A DNA stretch of 63,377 nucleotides, filler included, from Octopus bimaculoides (taxonomy: Eukaryota), in NCBI RefSeq assembly GCF_001194135.2. It is 7 parts of 7 records of this genome, joined end to end, with 100 filler letters (N's around TTAATTAATTAA, not from the genome) between each part and the next. Parts side by side here need not be neighbours in the genome. Positions count along the whole stretch, not along the records: positions 1 to 5,399 come from NC_068991.1; positions 5,500 to 28,184 come from NC_068981.1; 5 more parts are not named here. One strand, 5' to 3'. The notes under the pieces are model-generated. The model did not search any database and was not told the DNA's origin. It was given only the letters and a program-made list of their open reading frames with translations. The translations under genes and the position numbers were made by a program. Of the stretch, positions 1 to 14,490 are shown in pieces; position 1 is the stretch's first letter, and every line of letters starts with the position of its first letter.

Positions 1-400
1 CGTGGTGGTGTGTTGTGATGTGATGTGTTGTGTGGTATGGTGTAGCGTGGTGTGGTGTGATGGTGTTGGGAGGTGGGGGAGGCGAGAGTGGGGAAAGCAC
101 GGGTGGGGTGTGGGTTAGGCTGAGGGTGGGAGTAGAGGTGGGGTATGTGGGTAGGCAGAGGTTGGGGGTATGTGAGTAGTTAGAAGGTGGGGGTATATGG
201 GAGAGGGTGTAAGGGATGGGATGGGAAGGAATATATATATATATACGTATATACATACACTTATGTATATCTGTTTCTCCACCTGCGTCTCTCTCTCTCT
301 CACACACGTATATACAGACATATATGTATACACACGTACGTACATACATGTTTATATACATATATTTATATTTGTACCTGTATAAATATGTATGTATGGA

Positions 401-810
401 TTGGGTTATCCCATAAATAATGCTTTTTCTTTTATACTTCTTTTATTTTTCAAAATTAAGATAAACAAAGTTCTTTTTTATTCTAAAATATACTCTCCTT
501 CATTTTCTACAATGCTCATCCATCTAGCTCAATACATACATATTGAGTCATCCCATAAATAATGTGGTTTTTTTCAATTGCATGAACTAAAAGTCGGAAG
601 GGGACGGAATAAATTACCTGCATCAACTTGCTGCAAAAGCAGGTAGTAATTTTACCTTGTCCTTATTCTTAGTGCAAGTTTTGAAGAGTGCAGCTCGATT
701 TTAATAGTTATATTTTCAAAGCTATAATGGAAGTGACAAAGTTATGATTTCAATAAAGGCAACAACGCAACGGAAAGTGCAAGGAATAATTAATACAGTA
801 TATGGGGATC
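401..810. mobile_element. Mariner relics: right end of a minus-strand copy (401-535) abutting the left end of a plus-strand copy (543-810)
   Basis: TIR-like TTG(G/A)GT(T/C)ATCCCATAAATAATG twice; minus RWMSIVENEGEYILE*; plus MEVTK...YDFNKGNNATESARN. Confidence 0.65.
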
Positions 811-948
811 CAGATATTGCTTCTATTTTTAGCCTATGAATTAACAAGACGTTTTTTCAGTTATACTTTCGTTCAGGTATCTTTCTATTAACACACACAT
901 TTGTTTTTTATTAAAATTGGTACATGTCTATAAGTAAACAGAAATCGT

Positions 949-996
<48 letters not shown>

Positions 997-2949
997 GATG
1001 TATGAGTGTGGTACGTGTGCTTGTATAACTACTCTGTGTGTGTTCACATCACTTGTATGGTGTTTGAATGCGTTAGTGTACCTGGTGTTCGAGTGCGTGT
1101 ATCTCATACGTATGGGTGTGTATCTGCTGTGTGTGTGTGTGTTGTGTATGTGTGTGAGCGTTTGTGTGTGTACCCATATTACGGCTAGTGGCTTGAAGTT
1201 CATTAGCAACGTTAAATCATGGCGGTATTTTATTGAGTTTTCTTTTACAAATAATATCAAAATGATCCTTTTTTGAAATATTTACATGAGAAAAAGGTCG
1301 AAATGTATTTATGAATATTTTGGAGGCAATCATATCCTTCAATTTTTTTTTATCAACTTTCCATGGATGCTTATAGTTAATATTCCAAATTGGGATTTCC
1401 TGTTTCAGTTCCCTTCTGATAATGACAAGAACCTTTTCCTTTTAAGCGTTTCCCTGTTACCATAGATCCTCCCAAATCTAGAAACCATTATCTAAGCGTT
1501 ATCCACGCCTAATAATATTATCTATGAGACCCAAAAATATTTAAAAAATTCAGAAAGAAGCATTTCAAATTTACATTCCCATCATCGGCTGTGAAATGGA
1601 TATCTCTATTGTTTCGACATCTGAGCAGTACCATTCAATCCGTCGGTGTTAACAGAGTTTAAAAAAACAAACGCTGCCTAGGAATCAATAGAAATCAACA
1701 GGAGCGGAACATTAGCGTAGTATGTCTATCACGCCAACACCTGCTTATTACTACGAACAACAACATCAAATTAAACAAATTAGTATTAACTTATAGTTAC
1801 AAAACAGTATCTGTGAAGCAAAAAGCTTCCCTAAAATGACATTGTGATCCTAAAATTATAGTACAAACATAGAACTAGTGTACTAAACTTATTGAGGATG
1901 CCTATTCAATCACCGATACATAACTCCATCACAAGGAACAGTGAACTTATAACTCAAAGCGTATAGACTAATTAGCGAACATATACATGCTATTTCCAAT
2001 ATATATCATATTACAAACATGAAACCATACCAAAATCAAGCCCAATATAAACTAGTGAAATAGTACACTTTAACAACCAACCTCCTCGAACAATGTCCAA
2101 AGGGAAAGATAGGCATAGATCAATATCTATAAAATATATATTCAATGATATAAATTAAATTAACCGAATAAATTGCTAATTAAAAGTAAAATAAAACTAG
2201 AATTAGATAAAAAATTATATATAAAATGATATTGACATGGCAAGAACTTCTTAACTAAAACAAATTATTAACATAAATCAAGCATCCTAACTACAAAAAG
2301 ACTGAATAATCCATTATTAATTAAACAGCACAACATGTCTGTTACTCGGGAACAACTCAAACTACATTTATATTTATTGAATAAACAAATATATATAAAT
2401 GGAATTTAAACTAATATATACACCTAAAATTTATAAACATTTAAAATTGTTAAAAGAAATATATGGTAACAAAAATATTCTACGTATAAAGCAATAAAAC
2501 TTCATGTGTTGCAAAGAAATTAACGAAAGCCCCATTTACGTCTTAACCCATCGCTGCCAAAAGACGCAAAAAATCGTTACCTATCAACAGGCGAAGTCCA
2601 TATCAACTACCAATCGGAAGTGATGTTGTACACGATAACGAATGATAATCAACTCAAAAACTGTTAAACAGAGATTTAACCTTCATCTTAAATTAAAACT
2701 AACACTCCTTCATATTTCTTGTTCAGCTGCAAATTTGAAATCATTCCATATTTTCTCTACATTTCACAGTTTTCCTCAAGCAACAGTGAAAACATTTAAT
2801 CAACCAATTACTACTGTAACGTATTTTTTCCATATGCACCATTAACTTTTTAACCCTATCCAAAAACAGTCCAGCTTTGTTCATTATTCTACTGTATCTA
2901 ATAACTTTACTGGAAACCAAGCTATAACCTATTCAAAGAAGAATAAGGC

Positions 2950-3540
<591 letters not shown>

Positions 3541-4548
3541 TACTGGCATCAGAACTACTGCCAACACCAATACAACTAACATCGAAACTACAGAGACATC
3601 TCCACTACAACTTTCACAACTCTCATCACCAATACTAACAATATTCCCTTATCAGAAAATGGAGAGGGAAGAGCCCTTCGCAGTTACAGATTTAGACATC
3701 ACAACCGTTTTAATTTATAGAAAAGCACCCACTGGAGGTCGCGAAGAAATTCTTCTTTTCATACGTTTGTTCCTGTCTTTCCATGCGTCGAATTCATTGG
3801 ACAGTCAATACCAGTGTATTTTATGACTATGTACTCATCTGCTGATAGTCTCTAAAAGCTGGGGACAATAGTCCCAAAGACAGAAACCAAATGTCTATGA
3901 GGCCAAAACACAACCGCAACACAACTCACAACACAACCGCAATTTCTAATGCCTGATTCACAGTTTACGCTAAGACACTTTTTCCAGTCACTACAAATTC
4001 TTCTTATCCGCAAAACACTTCCACATTGATCTAGTATTGGAACATAACCTTCTCTTGTATATGGATGTTCCATTTATATGTGTATGTGTGTAAGTGTGTG
4101 TTCTCGCGTATACATACATGTCTGTACATACTCATATACATAATATATATAGCATATGTATAATACTTGGTTTTATACATATGTAATATACATATTCCGA
4201 AATGCATATAATATCTCTATATAATGCATATCGTGTAATATGAAATATACATGAATTTAATTTATAATTTATAATAAAATATCATACTCACACACATATA
4301 TATATATAATGTGCGTGGTTTTGCGCGTACGCTTGAACTTGTGTGTATGCTTATGTGTTTGTGCACTAGTGTCTGATCAATAATCTCAAGGCTGTTATTC
4401 CACTTTCAACTCTTTGTAACCTTTACAAATGAAGAAAATATCAACAGTGAAATTTGCTATACAAATTAATCTATTCACTCATCACTGCGTGACTCATAGC
4501 AGCAGACTGTATTCCTCGATGTCATTCTCCAAAGACAGGATGGAAAAT

Positions 4549-4570
4549 AATAATGATGATGATGATGATG

Positions 4571-4669
<99 letters not shown>

Positions 4670-4720
4670 ATAATAATAATAATAACAATAATAATAATAA
4701 TAATAACAACAACAATAATA
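4549..4720. repeat. Compound trinucleotide microsatellite (GAT)n(AAT)n(AGT)n(AAT/AAC)n
   Basis: Read directly. Confidence 0.98.
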
Positions 4721-5212
4721 ATCTGAAGTTTCACTCTGGACTAGATACTAGTATAATGAAGGTTAACTTCCTATTCGAAATCCTTTTTGTAAATTTATCC
4801 CCCCCCCCCCATTTCTTAAGGAACATTTGTTCCGAACGATATAAACTATTCTGTCTGTGATGTTCAAAGCGTGGGAGAAATCAATTTCAGGATATATCAT
4901 ATACAGTTCAGCTTAACATTTTATGTCATTCGATATTGATACCTACATAAGGTATAGGGCTCCGATTTTTCTGGTATATCTATGCAAGAGCGCGTATGCA
5001 CTCCTGTGTATTTGCATTGAGAAGAAAAGAAAAAACGGTCGCGTCTCGGTGTATCTCGAATGCCGATGAAAAGAGAGGCCCATTAAATGTCTCTAGTACA
5101 TTCGTTAGCTACATGAATACTGTAATAATCTTCTCGAGTGAAGACACATAAATTCGTATTACGTCATCCAGTCCTGTCATAGTCATCCTGACAGTCCTCT
5201 GTACTTTGCACC

Positions 5213-5259
<47 letters not shown>

Positions 5260-5499
5260 TATATTTGTCGCCAAAAAAGAAATGTGCGAAAATGTCGATG
5301 ACAGTAGCGTACTCAATATGGAATGTAAAACTTTATTCGTAATGAGTGGAAGCTGAAAATTTTGAAACGAAGCGTATCAATTCATACACGCTCTCTCACN
5401 NNNNNNNNNNNNNNNNNNNNNNNNNNNNNNNNNNNNNNNNNNNTTAATTAATTAANNNNNNNNNNNNNNNNNNNNNNNNNNNNNNNNNNNNNNNNNNNN

Positions 5500-5817
5500 C
5501 TACCTTCCTACTTATTAGGATTTTGGTTTTAGCTAGGTTGACTCTAAGGCCCTTCAATTCTAGACCTTGCTTCCACACCTGAAACTTCTCCTCTAGTTCT
5601 GATAGTGACTCCGCAATTAGGGCAAGGTCATCAGCATAGAGGAGCTCCCAGGGGCAACCTGTCTTGAACTCCTCTGTGATTGCCTGGAGGACTATGATAA
5701 ATAAGAGGGGGCTGAGGACGGAACCTTGGTGGACCCCTACCTCTACCCGGAATTCATTGCTGTACTCATTTCCAACCCTCACCTTACTGGCAGCATCTCT
5801 GTACCCTTACTGGCAGC

Positions 5818-5819
<2 letters not shown>
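5500..5819 (-). mobile_element. RTE-clade LINE reverse transcriptase core fragment, cut by an assembly gap
   Basis: Open frame GVHQGSVLSPLLFIIVL...LLYADDLALIAES...GLRVNLAKTK. Confidence 0.92.
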
Positions 5820-5875
<56 letters not shown>

Positions 5876-7902
5876 TTTGCAGACACCTAAATCACACAGA
5901 AATATGATTGTAGAAATAAATAAGACTAAACAACAAAAGGACACCAAAATAAATCATTTTCCCATTGTTATTATTATTTTAACAAGTTATTTTCTATGCC
6001 AAAGCAAGCAATCAGTGCTAAGAATGTTTCAAACTCACCTCATTAACTGAACATTTTAAACTCATTTAATGATAGACTAGATTTAAGAATCAGTTTTTAA
6101 TATTTTTATGTTTGACTTGATTTTATATTGGTAATGGTGAACAATAATATTGTTGATTACAGCTTAGCACTGACTGCATTTTTGAAGGCAAGAGTGACAA
6201 GAGAGCGTCTGAAAGACAGGGCAAAGGATTTTATTCTCACAAAGTACTTCATTCAAAGATCACCATGCTTTTACCAATATTTACATTCTTTGACAATAAT
6301 TAGATACATGTATACACATGCACACAAACACACACAGTAAGCTTCTACAAATTTTTAGTCTATCAAATACCACTTACAAAATATCGGTCAACCAAGTCTA
6401 TGATAGAAAAACATTTGCTCAATGTGATACTTAGTGGGATTGAACCCAGAACCATGTGGTTATAAAGCAAATTTCATAACTACAAAGCCATGTTTGCACC
6501 ATTTCTAAGAAACTTCTTCAATTCATTCGGCTCAATAAAAGAAAAACTCTTGAGTATCAAGCTAACAAGGGAGTCTGTGAGCAGTAGCTTCACATTTTAC
6601 AAATAGCAGCCAAATCTCACTCAAATCAAACCTACTCTGTCATCTTAGAAGAGGACACATTAGTAAATGTAGTCATGGGTACATTATGCCTAGAAAAAAA
6701 AGACAGGATTGTTATGACTGGAATACGTTTCATCATAGGTCTGTTTTGTCAGAGCTAAACAACAGCAACTTCTATATGTCAAAACATATTATATATCTTC
6801 ATTTACTTTAGATCTTCAAACCTAATTTAAAAAAAAAAGCATTACTGTTCTTAATTCATGTTCTAAATTAAAGTTTAGCTAATAAATTTTGACTTATTAA
6901 CTATTTAGTGCAAAAGCTTGCAATTTTATATTTTGTGGAAAGTGGATTAACAGAATCATTAGAGTGTCGGACAAAATAACATGATTTGCTTCAAAACTGC
7001 CAAGGTCAACTTTGCCTTTTATCCTCCCAGTTGATAAAGTACCAGTTAAGTACTGGAGAAAGTCAATGTAGTCAACTAACCTCCTACCCTCAAAATTGTT
7101 GGCCCTGTACCTAAATTGGAAATTGTTAAATGCAATGGATTGGCAGAATTGTTAGAGCAATAAATTCCCTTGTAATTCTTAATGTCTTTTATGTTCTGAG
7201 TTCAAATTCTGTCACGGTCAAGTTTACCTTACATCCTATTAGGGTCCATAAAATAAAGTACCAGTCAATAGCTGGGATTAATATAACCAACCAGTCTTCC
7301 CCCAAAATTATTGGTCTTTGCTAATTCTAGAAACAATAATTAAGAATGGTGGATTAGCAAAGGCTGTAGAATATTGGACAGTATTTTTCCTGATTTTTCT
7401 AGCATATCTATTCCTCTCTGGAACAACATGAAATGAAGTGTTTCACACAAGAACACAACACAGTGCCCTGTCCAGGAATCAAAACCACAATTTTTCCATA
7501 AGTCCAACACCTTAACCACTAAGCCATGCACCTCCACTATTGGACAAAATGCTTTGCAGTATTTCTTCTACTTTTTACAATTCAAGTTCAAATCCTGATG
7601 GTGTCAACTTTGCTTTCATCCTTTTATCAAGTCAAGAAATGCAGTTAATGGAATCAAGTAACCCACTTGCCTAAATTACAGACCTTTTGCCTATTAGAAA
7701 GAGTTATTGAGCTGGCTAAAATGTGACTATGACAGAATAAAAGGCTGCCACATTTCACATTTCACATTTCTTCCAGCTCTTTGCATTCTGTGTTCGAATC
7801 TTGCCAAGATTACTGGGATTCATGTAATTATCTAACCCGCTCCCAACAAAATTTATGGCAGTGTGCCTAAATTATTATTACAATCCCCTTCAAAGTACTT
7901 AC

Positions 7903-8015
7903 ATTAGTGTTTGACTGGTCACCTGAATATAAAGGAGTTAGTGGCATAGATTCTTGCTCACACATTTGTAATTCCTCTGCTGATAAAGGTATGTCAATTT
8001 GCTGTATGCTTTCAT
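7903..8015 (-). CDS. TPCN1: TPC1 C-terminal tail exon, ESIQQIDIPLSAEELQMCEQESMPLTPLYSGDQSNTN; terminal exon(s) not located
   Basis: cttgcag|113 nt|gtaagt, phase 1 to 0, open and phase-compatible with the previous exon; weak similarity to the ISKEEL segment. Confidence 0.75.
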
Positions 8016-8175
8016 CTGCAAGAAATTGATAAGAATACAAACTATGCAGTTGGTTTTAAAAATATGTGTCAAATAAGAAAATTATTCTATTTGTAAATGA
8101 AAGTAAATGTTAAATGAAACAAGATTAAATAATAGCATGTATCAAGTACAGAGAGACATCTCTTAATTTTGTTAT

Positions 8176-9812
8176 CATCATCATCATTTAACATCCGCTT
8201 TCCATGTTGACATGGGTTTGACGGTTTGACTGGAAAACCAGAGAACTGCACCAGATTCCAACCTGATTTGGCCTGGTTTCTACAGTTGGATGCCCTTCCT
8301 AATGCCAACCACTCCAAAGTGTAATGGGTGCTTTTTACATGCCACTGGCATGGGTACCAGGTATATGACACCAGTAATGGCCTCGACTACAATTTCATGG
8401 GTACCATTTACATGACTACAGTTTCACTTGGCTTGACAAGTCTTCTCAAGCACAGTACATCACCAAGGTCTTGGTCACTTGTCATTGCCTCTGTGCTTTA
8501 CCACCACATCCCTCATGCTTTACCACTATGTCCCTCGCCTCCATGAGGCCCAACATTCGAAGCTCATGCTACCAGCCACAGCCACAACTATGATTTCACT
8601 TGACTTGATGGGTCTTCTCAAGCACTGCATATTGCCAATGGTCTCGGATGCTTGTCATTGCCTCCACAATGGCCCAACATTTGAAGATCATGCTTCACCA
8701 CCTCGTCCCATGTCTTCCTGGGTCTACCTCTTCCACAAGTTCTCTCCACAGTTAGAGATCGGCACTTCTTTAACACAGCTGTTCTTATCCATACACATCA
8801 CATGACCATACCATTGTATTCGTCTCTCTTGAAGACCACATCTGATGCCTTTTAAGCCCAGTTTATCTCTCAAGACACTTACGTTCTATCACTCATGCAG
8901 ACTGACATTGTACATCCAGCAAAGCATACTAGCTTCATTTCTTTCAAACCTTTGCATGTCCTCTGCGTTTAACTGTTGTGGAGCATGGCTGTTTGCACAC
9001 AGGCAACATACAGTCTGCCTTTCATTCTGAGGGAGAGGCCCTTAATTACCAACAGAGGTAGAAGCTCTCTGATCTTTGCCCTGCCTGTAAGAGCATACAC
9101 CTCCACTGCTGACTTGGTCACCTAAATAACAGAAGCTATCAACTACTTCAAGGTATTCCTCCTGGCATTTGATGAAATCTATTATCTTTACATTTCTAGT
9201 GTTTATTGTACCCATGCATCTGCCACACACAAAGACTATTTTCCTTGTTAACCTTCCTCTGATTGTGCTTCACTTCTTATGTGTCCATAGCTTGCACCAG
9301 GTACATCTTATGGAGTTTCTACCTACACCTTTTCTACATATCAAGCAGAGCCATCTATCTGAAGGGATTTGTGACTTGTCCTCTTTCCTATTTACTAAGA
9401 CTTTGTTTTTTGCTAAATCAGCTCTAAGGCCCTTCGATTTTAGACTTTGCTTCCACACCTGGAATTTCTTCTCTAGTTCCTCATTGGCATAGAGGAGCTC
9501 CAAGGGGCAGCCTGACTTAAATTCCTCTATTATTGCCTAAAGGACTATGATGAACAAGAAGAGGCTGAGAAATGAACCTTGGTGAGCCTCTACTTGTACC
9601 CTGAATTCATCACTCTACTCATTGTCAACCCTCACCTTACTGACAGCATCCCTGTACATGGCTTGTAGAGCTCTCACCAACCACTCATCTATCCCTAGTT
9701 TCCACATTGACCACCAAATAAGGGAATGGGGGACCCTGTCAAAAGCTTTCTCCATGTCAACAAAAGCCAAGGACAGAGGTTTATTTTTGACTAGGTACTT
9801 CTGCAGCTGCCA
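8176..9812 (-). mobile_element. Decayed RTE LINE of the same family as 5500-5819, with 3' UTR and (ATG)n tail
   Basis: MELLYA..ELEKKFQVWKQSLKSKGLRADLAKNK; YLEVVDSFCYLGDQVSSGG; nucleotide similarity to 5500-5800. Confidence 0.85.
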
Positions 9813-11430
9813 CTAAAATAATATTTTATTAATGAAAATGAATTAAGATTATCTGACAATAGGCTAATAATTGGAGGAAGATGTTCACCTGTTTGAATTC
9901 ACTGCTGTATTTGGAATATATTGGTACATATTTTTATGCCTTTGAAATGTTTAAATATCAATCAATTTCCCTACTGCCACTTATATATAAACACACACAT
10001 ATATAAATTTTTTGTAGACAACTTCTCAAGTACCAGTAATATGACAAAATATATCTAATCAATACTGTGGAGTGGTTGGCAACAAGAAGGGCACCCAGTC
10101 GTGACACCAATATCAAAAGTCAAAAAAGGAAGAGGAAATGGAGGATATTTGGAGTTCACAAGCTAAGAAAAATAGCTCATCAATAATCAAGATGATATTT
10201 TAAAAAAAGTGACATAGAAAAGGTACTCTTTCCTATGCCACCAGACATTGTCTCTCATGCCGGTGGCACAATAAGATGCACTCTAAAGTGGTTAGCAATA
10301 GGAAGGGTGTCTATCCATGAAAAGCACACTAAAAACACATGACATCCTCAACAACAAAGAGTGATGGGTTACTCTGCTGTTTTGTGTATTAGAGTGCTAC
10401 AAGTGTTGAGTCACTATTATCCAACCTATACCAGCATGAAAAACAGATGTCAAATAAGGATGATGCAGATATATGCATGCTTGTGTATGTATATATATAT
10501 ATATAATATATATATATATGTACGCATATGTGTTTGTGTGTTTATATCTATAGATACATACACATTTAAATACTACAAAGCTTCAATGTGAGTTAAATAA
10601 GATTTAAACACAGTCTTTCCATTCTTTGAAATTTGGTGAAAAAACTGGAAAGAGTTTCCTGAGGAACCATTTAACTAATTGTTGACTGCTCTTCAGAAAA
10701 GATTTACCTATCTTCCTTCCCCAATCAATAGCATAGATAAGCTGGTTATAAAGCAGTCGTAAATTGGGCTAGCACTCTGATGGGTAACCTAATTTGCATA
10801 TTTCTGCTTTTGAAGGTTCATCATTAATTAAGCAATATCTATTTTATGCACAACACAGTGTAAATCAGAAGAACTGAAATAACTTTAAATTTAACTCAAC
10901 TGTAATTGAAATATAAGTTATTTTTTATTTTTATTTGCAGGGTCTGGAAAAAAGAGGCAGTGCTATCACCCTTACAAGCTACTGATTGATGCCATCAATG
11001 TTCCACTTAAGCTGTTAGTGGTTGACAAGAATGATATGAGCAGGAAGAGAATACCAGAGGCTTGATCTCCAGGAGAGGAAGGACTGGATATAGTGGTTAT
11101 TGTAGGGCCTGGGAGGGCTGGACACAACATGCTTGATAAAAAGAGAAGAGACAATTGAGTTGAGAGTGCTTGAATTAAAGTTTCATGAAACCAGCCAGCT
11201 CCAAGAAGCAGAAAACAATGTAGTTGTAGTGGAAAATACAGAGTGAGTGACCTATTACTACAAAGTTGGTTTGTAAAATTTTAATTTTGCAAACATATTA
11301 TTGAAAGTTGAACCAAGAGTAGGCCTCTAATCTAACTTAATTTATTTGAATTTAAATACTTCAAGAGAAATAGTGAATTGTAATCATTCGATATAAGGGA
11401 TGTTTGGCTGCTGAAAAATATACTCCATAC

Positions 11431-11521
11431 CTTCAATGTCTTTACAGTTCATTGTTCTCTTGTACTGAATACGAAAAAGAAAGGCATCTAAAACAAATGC
11501 CACAACAATATTCATCACAAC
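11431..11521 (-). CDS. TPCN1: TPC1 exon, IIS6, VVMNIVVAFVLDAFLFRIQYKRTMNCKDIE(D)
   Basis: ttag|91 nt|gtatgg, phase 0 to 1; aligns to VVMTIIVAFILEAFVFRM. Confidence 0.93.
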
Positions 11522-11699
11522 CTAAAACAAAAATGAGAGAAACTATAATATTTTATTCTTTACATAGAGAAATACAAACTTATAATAATCAATTTATTAA
11601 ATTCTTGAAAATTTTATGTAATTTATACAACAAACTTTAGTAGCACATAAAGCAATGTATTATTTTTACAATCCCTTTAAATCCAATCTGAAATTTATA

Positions 11700-12250
11700 T
11701 GTTTAGGATATTTTTTTCTACAAACATAATATCCTTAAACATGGTCAATAATATGAAAGTTTGCATCAGTATTCAAGAATGAAATAGCTCCTGACTAACA
11801 TGGTTATTTTGGCTCTTCTGCCAGCAGTTAACACAATGCACCTTCAATTTTCTATTTAATATCATGTGGCAAGAACTTTTATAGATGCTTAATTTCTTTA
11901 GAAACTTCATGGATAGTCAGGTGACAATTTTTCCAGATCAATGCTTATATTTTCACAATGAAATCATTGTACATTGTCATGGAAAATTGTTTAGATTTGG
12001 GATCATCTTTAGTAGATTTTCTTCCCAACTGGTGCTCCTTGTGACATTGCATGTAATTTAAATCTATAAGTTAGTTGTAACATTGGAAAAAGTGTCTGTA
12101 AAAGTTTTCCCAATTTGAAACAGAATTTCCTACAAACACACTGCTCTTCCAAATCCTTCACTGTTCAACTTTAGATAAATTATCAGATGCATTGGTCTTC
12201 TCTTGCACATTGTCTCACCACTTGATGCATAACCTTCCTACACATATGTT
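11700..12250 (-). mobile_element. Decayed mariner, 5' region and transposase N-terminus
   Basis: KDLEEQ.VC.KFCFKLGKTFTDTF..LQLTY...DDPKS...LTIHEVSKEI, with frameshifts. Confidence 0.7.
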
Positions 12251-12807
12251 CACTCAATTACATATAGATCATTGATGAACTGATGTGTCATAATACGACT
12301 ATTTTTAGACTGAAGGTCAAAGTCACATGTACACAACACTGAGGTCACAAGCCTAGTGCACCAGCTGTTTTATGTGCTGCCTTAGATGTCCAATTTTGCT
12401 TTGGATGTATGGAGTAATAAATGTGAAAATAAAAAAAAAAGCAAAGCAGAAACAAGACACTTTTCCAAATTTCCAGGTAGAATTACATTAATAAACATAT
12501 TTAAAGAAACTTTTATTTCTACAGTTAGCTTTACAATAAATATCTTTTGTATATGTTCCAGTTTTTAAATCTTAAATATTGTGTATTTACATATACACAC
12601 AAACATAAACATCATGCAAATTATCTAGGATATAATTGTAATCATATTACAGAAGGAAAAGTATATTGTAACATAATGGATCTGAGAAATTTGAAGTCAT
12701 TATTGACAATGATTTTCTCATGTGTTGTAATAAAATTAAACAATATCTCTATTAATCAGATAGAAAAAGAACAACTAAGTAAGTTTAAGATTAAAAAAAT
12801 GACAAAC

Positions 12808-12876
12808 CATAGAGACAATATAAAACAGCATGAAGTAGAGTCGCAGCCATTCACTAACAGTATTAGCATAACCTTC
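12808..12876 (-). CDS. TPCN1: TPC1 exon, EGYANTVSEWLRLYFMLFYIVSM
   Basis: gtag|69 nt|gtttgt, phase 0 to 0; aligns to [23 protein letters not shown]. Confidence 0.93.
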
Positions 12877-12949
12877 CTACACAAATAATAGAAAAGCACC
12901 ATTTTAGAAAATATACAATAATCGGGAGTTGTTATTTCTCTTGAAAGCA

Positions 12950-13400
12950 AATGGACTCTGAGTGAAAGACAGATTGTATGATAGTTGTGTATGATATGCT
13001 GTGTTGCATGATACTGAAAAATGGACATTGAAATGAAAGGTGTGTAAAGCCTGGAAATGAAGAAAGCATACTCTGCTTGATGTGTAATTGTTAGTGTGCA
13101 TGAATGATGGAGCATAGATGAGCTGAGAAAGAAGAACTTTAGGGTAATCAGTTGTTGTTTGTAGGAGAAAAGATTAAGCTAGTAGAGACATGTGATGATA
13201 CACATGGAGGATGACAATCGGGTAAAAAGAATTGCCAAGTGATCCACTGAGAATGAAGGCATGGGAAAAAGAAGTTAAATCTAATATTGGGTAGGGCTGA
13301 ATCTCTTGGAGTAGATGACAGGGGACTGCATCATGTGGTAAGACAATGTGCTAGAGAAGACCAATACAACCCATACAAACATGGGAAAATAGATGTGATA
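12950..13400 (+). mobile_element. Decayed RTE LINE 3' fragment
   Basis: VKDRLYDSCV..A.LH..E.W pattern, many stops. Confidence 0.6.
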
Positions 13401-13904
13401 GATGATGACGTATGATGTATGATGATGACAATAAGGACAACATATGATGGTGATGATGATACTGTATACTATTAAGAGAAAAAAAGGCTACAGGTTTTGA
13501 ATTACCAAAAACAAGTATTTACTGTTTGTCATCTGAACAATTAGGTCCATTTAAATGTTTGAAGGAAAATAAAGAATTATTTACGAACCTGTTTTTTCAA
13601 TGAATTACATGTGACAAATTAATGGGGCCAATTCTTTTTGGATATTTGTTTATTTATGTAAAAAGAAAAAAAAGTCAATCACTAAATTATCTCTCTGCAG
13701 TCTATGTTCAAATCATGCTAGAATTTAACTGGTCTTTTATCCTTGTCAAATTGATAAAATAAGTATCAATCATGTACTAGGGTAGATTCAATCAACTATA
13801 CACCTCCTCTATTTGCCTTACACAATGTAAAAAATAAATGCAATTAATCATTAGTATTACTATTTCTATCACTGGACTAGTAATTTTCTGAAAAAGATAC
13901 TAAC

Positions 13905-14123
13905 TATTTAGCATTTAAATTATTCTGTAAATTGTAATGCTTATTTATTCACATGGTTTTGAAGTAAAAATCTTGTAGCTTTGAGATTTCAATGTGATTG
14001 TTTTTTTCTAGAATGACATTGTAGGTTAGGTGTGAGAAGCCAGCTCCAGCTACTTTGAACATAAAATAGGTAGAATATTTGGGCCGGATATGGCTGGTTA
14101 TTTGGGCTGGATATGCTAAAGAG
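13905..14123. mobile_element. piggyBac-like MITE, degenerate left end
   Basis: Ends ATGCTAAAGAG-TTAA; reverse-oriented homologue of 16006-16219. Confidence 0.55.
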
Positions 14124-14443
14124 TTAAATATAATAATAGTTTATAATATTAAAATACTGGTATAATACATGTATGCCCAAACACACGTGATAGATAATTT
14201 TCAAGTAAAACATTTTTTTTTTTCATATTGTAATATGTGAAAATTATGCCAGTTGTTTATAGTCAGTGACATGATTGCAGTGACTGAATGCCAACTTCCT
14301 ATTAATCCACAACCATTAAATTTCTTTGTTATTACTAATTTAGTAGGTCATTAGAAATCAGAAAATTAAACAACTACCAAAGATAGAAACTAAATAATAT
14401 CAAATATCAAAGGTAGAAATATATTAGAAAAATGTATTCTCAC

Positions 14444-14490
14444 CATGATTATAAACCAGTTATTAACAACGGTCAGCTCAAACAGTGTCA
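14444..14490 (-). CDS. TPCN1: TPC1 exon, selectivity filter II, TLFELTVVNNWFIIM
   Basis: ttag|47 nt|gtgaga, phase 1 to 0; nearly identical to mammalian TPC1 VTLFELTVVNNWYIIM and distinct from TPC2 (LMVVNNWQ) and TPC3 (VVNQW). Confidence 0.95.

Noticed and set aside
60-230. G-tract-rich segment with G-quadruplex potential
   Set aside because: Degenerate low-complexity repeat at the window edge with no associated promoter or gene
1290-2480. Mitochondrial insertion (NUMT), suggested by strand skew
   Set aside because: Manual translation of parts of it with the invertebrate mitochondrial code gave no cox/cob/nad motifs, and I recognised no rRNA landmarks
6164-6208. Candidate TPC1 terminal exon (tctttcag|TLSCHSCLQKCSQC*)
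   Set aside because: Phase-compatible, but lacks the conserved C-terminal RTK.D...MY..E..EW-type segment; cannot be supported
10941-11160. Unique GC-richer island with a strong plus-strand acceptor (tttgcag|GGTCTGG) and a minus-strand 60-aa ORF
   Set aside because: Plus frames close within 14-40 codons with no recognisable family; the minus-strand exon candidate ends in phase 2 and is incompatible with the flanking TPC1 exons
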